The notes below the pieces were generated by a model. It was not told where the DNA came from, did not search any database, and was given only the letters and a program-made list of their open reading frames with translations. A DNA stretch of 64,000 nt from an uncultured Algibacter sp. (GTDB lineage: Bacteria; Bacteroidota; Bacteroidia; Flavobacteriales; Flavobacteriaceae): contig NZ_CAXBLF010000008.1 in assembly GCF_963976535.1 (NCBI RefSeq), positions 1,922-65,921 of the forward strand. The letters are read 5' to 3'. The position numbers and the translations under genes are program-made. Positions 59,038 to 64,000 of the stretch are shown piece after piece (the stretch's first letter is position 1; the number at the start of each line of letters is the position of its first letter).

Positions 59038-60072
59038 TTAACTTACTGCTTCTGGTGTTTTTACCCAATTATTAATCCATTTAGATAACAAGTCTACAAA
59101 TGCTGCATCGTCATTTAAGCATGGTACTACTGTAAACTCTTTTCCGCCTACTTCATGGAAAATGTCGCCGCCTTCCATAGCTATTTCTTCTAGTGTTTCT
59201 AAACAATCGCTAACAAATGCCGGAGTTACAATAGCCATATTTTTAATGCCTTGTTTGCCTAAGCGCTCTATAGTTCTATCTGTATATGGCTGTAACCATG
59301 GGTCAAAGCCCAAACGGGATTGAAAGGATGTTGAATAAGTACCTTCTTTAAATTGAAGTTTTTCTGCAACTAATCGGGTAACTTCTAAACATTGATGTTT
59401 ATAACAAAACTCGTGTGCCTTACTTGCTGTAACGCAACAACTTTTATCTATTTTACAATGCGATTTTGTTACATCGCTTTTTCTGATATGACGCTCTGGA
59501 ACTCCATGATATGAGAATAATAAATGCTCATAATCATTTCCTTTTAAATGATTTTTTATGGCGTTTGAAAGCACTTCTATATAATCTGGCTTATTATAAA
59601 AGGCTGGTACTGATTCTATTTTTAAATTTGGGAAATATTGCTGACGAAGTTCTTCAGTTAATACTGTAATGGTTTCTGTAGTTGCCATAGCAAACTGTGG
59701 ATATAAAGGAAACAACAATACCTCATCAACGCCTTTATCAACCAATTCTTGAAGGCTTTTTTTAATGGTCATACTACCATATCGCATAGCTAATGCAACA
59801 GGTTGTTCTACCTGTTTTTGTATTTTATTTTGAAGGCGTTCTGATAGTACAATTAATGGCGACCCTTCATCCCACCATATTTTTTTATAGGCTGCTGCAG
59901 ATTGTTTTGGTCGTGTATTTAATATAATACCCTTAACTAGTGCTGTTCTCGCAAGAAGTGGGATATCAATTACGCGTTCGTCCATTAAAAACTCACCCAA
60001 ATATTTTTTTACATCTTTTGGTTCTGGGCTATCTGGAGAACCAAGATTTACTAATAAGATTCCTTTTTTCAT
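59038..60072 (-). CDS. hemH: Ferrochelatase
   Basis: GILLVNLGSP, PLYPQF, SYHGVP, FVSDCLETLEE; start 60072. Confidence 0.95.
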   Translation of the reverse strand: MKKGILLVNLGSPDSPEPKDVKKYLGEFLMDERVIDIPLLARTALVKGIILNTRPKQSAAAYKKIWWDEGSPLIVLSERLQNKIQKQVEQPVALAMRYGSMTIKKSLQELVDKGVDEVLLFPLYPQFAMATTETITVLTEELRQQYFPNLKIESVPAFYNKPDYIEVLSNAIKNHLKGNDYEHLLFSYHGVPERHIRKSDVTKSHCKIDKSCCVTASKAHEFCYKHQCLEVTRLVAEKLQFKEGTYSTSFQSRLGFDPWLQPYTDRTIERLGKQGIKNMAIVTPAFVSDCLETLEEIAMEGGDIFHEVGGKEFTVVPCLNDDAAFVDLLSKWINNWVKTPEAVS

Positions 60073-60132
60073 GTTGCAAAAATACGATACAAATTGCAAT
60101 CATAATATTTAGCTGCAAATAATTCCATCCGA

Positions 60133-60303
60133 TTATTTCTTGGTAGTTTCTTTCTCTTCCAATTTTTGATGATAATATAACTTAGGTCTTTCAGCTTTAT
60201 AATCACAATCTTGAAAAATACCGCAAGATGTACTGGAACGCGCTAATGATTTAGTGATTATGTTTTTTGATAGTGCTGCTATTTCTGGGGTTAAATATTT
60301 CAT
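60133..60303 (-). CDS. 56-aa hypothetical protein
   Basis: MKYLTPEIAALSKNII...CGIFQDCDY; start chosen at 60303. Confidence 0.5.
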   Translation of the reverse strand: MKYLTPEIAALSKNIITKSLARSSTSCGIFQDCDYKAERPKLYYHQKLEEKETTKK

Positions 60304-60419
60304 ATTATTAAGTTTATATTTTGAGACTGTCAGGTTTTTGAAACACAAGTGTTCGGAAGACAATTAAAATACGATTATTTTTAAATAATGTGAAGATTAA
60401 AATGTAAAACGTTTTAAAA

Positions 60420-60501
60420 AACACCCCTAAAGTCCCCTCAAGGGGACAATTCACTCAGTTGAATAGAACGATTGTCCCCTTGAGGGGACTTTAGGGGTGT
60501 T
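60420..60501. repeat. Perfect 31-bp inverted repeat with a 20-nt spacer; each arm contains a GTCCCC..GGGGAC hairpin
   Basis: aacacccctaaagtcccctcaaggggacaat / attgtccccttgaggggactttaggggtgtt. Confidence 0.92.
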
Positions 60502-60566
60502 AATATATAATAGCAACGGCTAAAACTCTACCGAACACCAATATTTTGAAACCTGACAGGTCTAAT

Positions 60567-61466
60567 TTAACTCAAAGACATCACATATTTCTTAGGCGTT
60601 GTGCCATATTTCTTTTTAAATGCAGCTATAAAATGGCTTGATGTGCTATATCCTACTTTATGTCCAACTTCATTTACATTGTCATTACCAGCCTCTAATA
60701 ATTTACGCGCCACTTCCATTTTGTAGTCAAACAAAAAACTAAAAACCGAATCGCCATAAATTTGTTTAAAGCCTTCTTTTAACTTTTTAAGGCTCAATCC
60801 AATTTCATCAGCTAATTCTTGTAAGCTTGGTGGTTCAGCCATTCTTGACACAATAATGTCTTTCGCTTTTCTAATTTTAATGACGTTGGTTTCATCAACT
60901 AAAAACGGGCATTGCTCAATATCGGCATCCTCACTTCTATTAAAATACAAACTCAACAACTCATAAGCCTTCCCTTTAAAATACAAGGTCTTAATAGATT
61001 GATTAAGATTGTAATTTATTAATTGATTCAATACTATCGCCATGGAAGGTGAAATAACACCATCTTTATAATATTTTTTATCCTTATTATCTTCGCTCAA
61101 AAAAGTAATATAATCTGCTTCTTGCGAAAATAAAGCGTGAAAATTTTTAATTGATATTAATACTGAAACCATCCAAGAATGCGGATTAATTTCTAAATTT
61201 ATTGGAAGGTTACGCTGCGGATTATAAAGCAATAATGAGTTTTCCTCAAGAATATTTAGTCGATATCGCCCCTCATTAAAAACAAATTGACTAGAACCCT
61301 TAACACAAAAATGAAATTGAATAAAATCGCTATCTATTTCTTTATCAAGAGATTGTATTTCGCCTGATTCGTTTTTATAAGCCAACACTAAAACACCTGC
61401 ATCAACCTTCGTTTCTTCAAAAGTACTTTTAGCGACACTTTTATTAGCTTTAAATTCTTGATTCAT
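60567..61466 (-). CDS. AraC family regulator (PchR-like)
   Basis: PPSLQELA, LKEGFKQIYG, VGYSTSSHFIAAFKKKYG. Confidence 0.93.
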   Translation of the reverse strand: MNQEFKANKSVAKSTFEETKVDAGVLVLAYKNESGEIQSLDKEIDSDFIQFHFCVKGSSQFVFNEGRYRLNILEENSLLLYNPQRNLPINLEINPHSWMVSVLISIKNFHALFSQEADYITFLSEDNKDKKYYKDGVISPSMAIVLNQLINYNLNQSIKTLYFKGKAYELLSLYFNRSEDADIEQCPFLVDETNVIKIRKAKDIIVSRMAEPPSLQELADEIGLSLKKLKEGFKQIYGDSVFSFLFDYKMEVARKLLEAGNDNVNEVGHKVGYSTSSHFIAAFKKKYGTTPKKYVMSLS

Positions 61467-61472
61467 ATTTTT

Positions 61473-61495
61473 TTATTTAGATTGATTATAAATAA
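61473..61495. promoter_or_regulatory. Fur-like 23-bp palindromic operator between the AraC gene and hemA
   Basis: ttatttagattgattataaataa. Confidence 0.65.
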
Positions 61496-61654
61496 AACAC
61501 CTAAAACATGCCTAATACAATGCGAAAATATGACTTTTATCATGTAATAATAAAAAATAACGTTAAAAAACCACAAACGATACTAAAAGTTCTTTGAGCG
61601 TTACTTTTTTTTAAAGCATCCCTATATTTTTGCTTCACATTATCAGGTATAGCA

Positions 61655-62926
61655 ATGCAAAAATACAATATTAGTAGAAGTAGTTCCTTTTATTCCATTG
61701 GTTTGAGTTATAAAAAAGCCGATGCAGATATAAGAGGTCGTTTTAGTTTGGATGAAGAATCTAAACTAGCATTGCTAAATCAAGCTAAAGAAAATGATAT
61801 TGAAAGTTTGGTTGTAACTTCTACCTGCAATAGAACCGAAATATATGGTTTTGCTCAACATCCCTTTCAATTAATCCAACTTCTTTGTGATAACACTCGT
61901 GGAACGGTTGAAGAATTTCAAGAAGTTGCCTACATTTACAAAAACAAAGATGCTATTGCACACATGTTTCGGGTGGGTTCTGGTTTAGATAGTCAAATTC
62001 TTGGAGATTTTGAAATTATAAGTCAGTTAAAAATCAGTACAAAATTATCTAGAAAACACGGATTATTAAACCATTTTACTGAGCGTTTAGTAAATGCTGT
62101 TATTCAAGCTAGTAAACGTATTAAAACAGAAACTGATATTTCTTCAGGCGCAACATCCGTATCTTTTGCTTCAGTACAATATATTTTCAAAAATATTGAA
62201 AACGTTTCTGATAAGAATATATTATTATTCGGAACAGGAAAAATTGGTAGAAACACTTGTGAAAACTTAGTAAAACATACCCAAAATAAGAATATAACTT
62301 TAATAAACAGAACAAAAACCAAAGCAGAACAAATTGCTGGAAAGTTTAATTTATTGGTTAAAGACTATGCCAATTTACAAGAAGAGATTAACGAATCTGA
62401 TATTCTAATTGTAGCTACAGGTGCGCAACGCCCTACTATTGACAAGCACATCATTCAATCAGAAAAACCCCTCTTAATTTTAGATTTATCAATTCCGAAG
62501 AATGTTAACCAAAATGTTCAAGAATTGGAAAATGTATCGCTTGTTCATCTAGATCATTTATCTCAAATTACTGATGAAACTTTAGAGGCTCGAAAAGCTC
62601 ATATTCCTTCCGCCGAAGTAATTATAGAAGAAATAAAAGCCGAATTTAACAGTTGGTTAGAAACCAGAAAGTTTGCCCCAACTATTAAAGCTTTAAAACA
62701 TAAATTATCTGATTTCGCTACTGCGGAATTAGATACACAACGCAAAAAACATGCTGATTTTAATGAGGAACAAGCCGAATTAATTAGCAATAACATCATT
62801 CAAAAAATTACTAACCACTTTGCGCATCATTTAAAAGATGATGACGTATCTACTGATGATAGTCTTGAACTTATTAAAAAAGTATTTCAGTTAGAAACTT
62901 CCACAAAAAATGTTGATACTGCTTAA
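61655..62926 (+). CDS. hemA: Glutamyl-tRNA reductase
   Basis: STCNRTEIY, GLDSQILGDFEI, GTGKIG, DLSIPKNV. Confidence 0.95.
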   Translation: MQKYNISRSSSFYSIGLSYKKADADIRGRFSLDEESKLALLNQAKENDIESLVVTSTCNRTEIYGFAQHPFQLIQLLCDNTRGTVEEFQEVAYIYKNKDAIAHMFRVGSGLDSQILGDFEIISQLKISTKLSRKHGLLNHFTERLVNAVIQASKRIKTETDISSGATSVSFASVQYIFKNIENVSDKNILLFGTGKIGRNTCENLVKHTQNKNITLINRTKTKAEQIAGKFNLLVKDYANLQEEINESDILIVATGAQRPTIDKHIIQSEKPLLILDLSIPKNVNQNVQELENVSLVHLDHLSQITDETLEARKAHIPSAEVIIEEIKAEFNSWLETRKFAPTIKALKHKLSDFATAELDTQRKKHADFNEEQAELISNNIIQKITNHFAHHLKDDDVSTDDSLELIKKVFQLETSTKNVDTA

Positions 62927-63059
62927 ACTCCAAAAATGACGAATATAAATTGTTCCTTTTTTGCTTACTTATCGTTCAAAAAAATAACCGTAACTAGGCT
63001 ATGCTAATTTTTTCCGCCTCAATTAATCTAAAAATAATTCAATTTATCCATCCATCATT

Positions 63060-64000
63060 TTGAAATCTAATCAGTATAAAACCATAAGAATTGGTACGCG
63101 CGATAGTGAATTAGCACTATGGCAAGCCAAAATAGTACAAAGTTTACTTGAAGATGCAGGTCATAAAACAGAACTAGTGCCTGTAAAATCTACGGGCGAT
63201 TTAGTTTTAGATAAACCGCTTTACGAATTAGGCATTACAGGTATTTTTACGCGAACTTTAGATATCGCGATGTTAAATCATGACATCGATATTGCGGTAC
63301 ATTCTTTAAAAGATGTGCCAACAGTTTTGCCAAATGGTATTGTGCAAGCAGCGGTTTTAAAACGTGGTAACGTAAATGACACGCTTGTTTTTAAAGACAA
63401 TGAGGAATTTTTAGGGGCTAAAGAAGCTGTTATTGCAACTGGTAGTTTACGCAGAAGAGCGCAGTGGCTAAGTCGCTTCCCAACACATACTATTACCGAT
63501 TTACGTGGTAATGTCAATTCCCGTTTACAAAAACTTGAAGATAGCGATTGGAACGGTGCCATATTTGCAGCTGCAGGTATTGGTCGCATCGGTATCAGAC
63601 CTGAAGAAGCCATCAATTTAGATTGGATGATTCCTGCTCCAGCTCAAGGCGCCATTATGATTACTGCCTTAGAAGAAGATGAATTTGTAAAAGCAGCATG
63701 TGCTGAACTAAACCACGAAGAAACAGAAATTTGCACCACTATTGAACGCGAATTTTTAAATAAATTAGAAGGTGGTTGCACAGCGCCTATTGGTGCTTTA
63801 GCCTATATAAAAGATGAGGAAATCAACTTTAAAGGGGTTTTATTAAGTCCTGATGGCACAAAAAGAATTGATGTTACCCGAGTTAAAAAACTTGGCGAAC
63901 ATCATGATATGGCTCAGTATTGTGCCGATTTTGTTATAGAACGTGGTGGTAAACGTTTAATGGACAAGATCAAAAATTCCACTAAAAAAACGAATGTATT
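63060..64000 (+). CDS. hemC: Hydroxymethylbilane synthase, 3' end beyond the window
   Basis: Hand translation from TTG 63060: KTIRIGTRDSELALWQA...GIFT...HSLKD...GSLRR...GNVNSRL...APAQG...LEGGCTAPIG; no stop before 64000. Confidence 0.93.
   Translation, partial: MKSNQYKTIRIGTRDSELALWQAKIVQSLLEDAGHKTELVPVKSTGDLVLDKPLYELGITGIFTRTLDIAMLNHDIDIAVHSLKDVPTVLPNGIVQAAVLKRGNVNDTLVFKDNEEFLGAKEAVIATGSLRRRAQWLSRFPTHTITDLRGNVNSRLQKLEDSDWNGAIFAAAGIGRIGIRPEEAINLDWMIPAPAQGAIMITALEEDEFVKAACAELNHEETEICTTIEREFLNKLEGGCTAPIGALAYIKDEEINFKGVLLSPDGTKRIDVTRVKKLGEHHDMAQYCADFVIERGGKRLMDKIKNSTKKTNV

Noticed and set aside
1508-63616. Numerous 60-130 aa ORFs antisense to or overlapping long genes (e.g. 1508, 9032, 13096, 26020, 27658, 42067, 48361, 58528, 63278)
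   Set aside because: Shadows of well-supported opposite-strand genes, with no motifs or independent signals.

Overview
64-kb window from a marine-type Flavobacteriaceae (Bacteroidota) chromosome, judged from the AT-rich DNA, T9SS genes (porZ, CTD proteins) and TAnnTTTG promoters. Most of it is core genome: gdhA-porZ-recO-TonB receptor, rseP, feoAB, a DtxR-type regulator with a Mn/Zn ABC operon, mfd, tex, ferritin, metG, acyl-ACP desaturase and a haem biosynthesis cluster (hemJ, hemH, hemA, hemC). The most striking content is a set of small selfish elements built around two different stand-alone GIY-YIG nuclease genes. (1) An intact one at 30117-30422 sits in the loop of a TGTC-tagged palindrome pair and is flanked by two gene-less copies of the same unit. 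(2) A stop-interrupted one at 17662-17946, missed by the ORF track, lies between a pseudo-tRNA 5' half and an intact tRNA-Asn. Palindromes of these and related families are scattered across the window and occur in frame inside mfd, tex (twice) and metG. Also present: a decaying island next to the tRNA (chimeric zeta-toxin-like pseudogene plus a glf/GT2/GT-C cassette), a three-gene TIGR04255-type cassette, a triplicated promoter-gene-terminator unit next to an AraC gene, and a recurring 23-bp Fur-like operator that also precedes an unannotated 53-aa Cys-rich ORF downstream of ferritin. All family assignments are by motif recognition, not database search.
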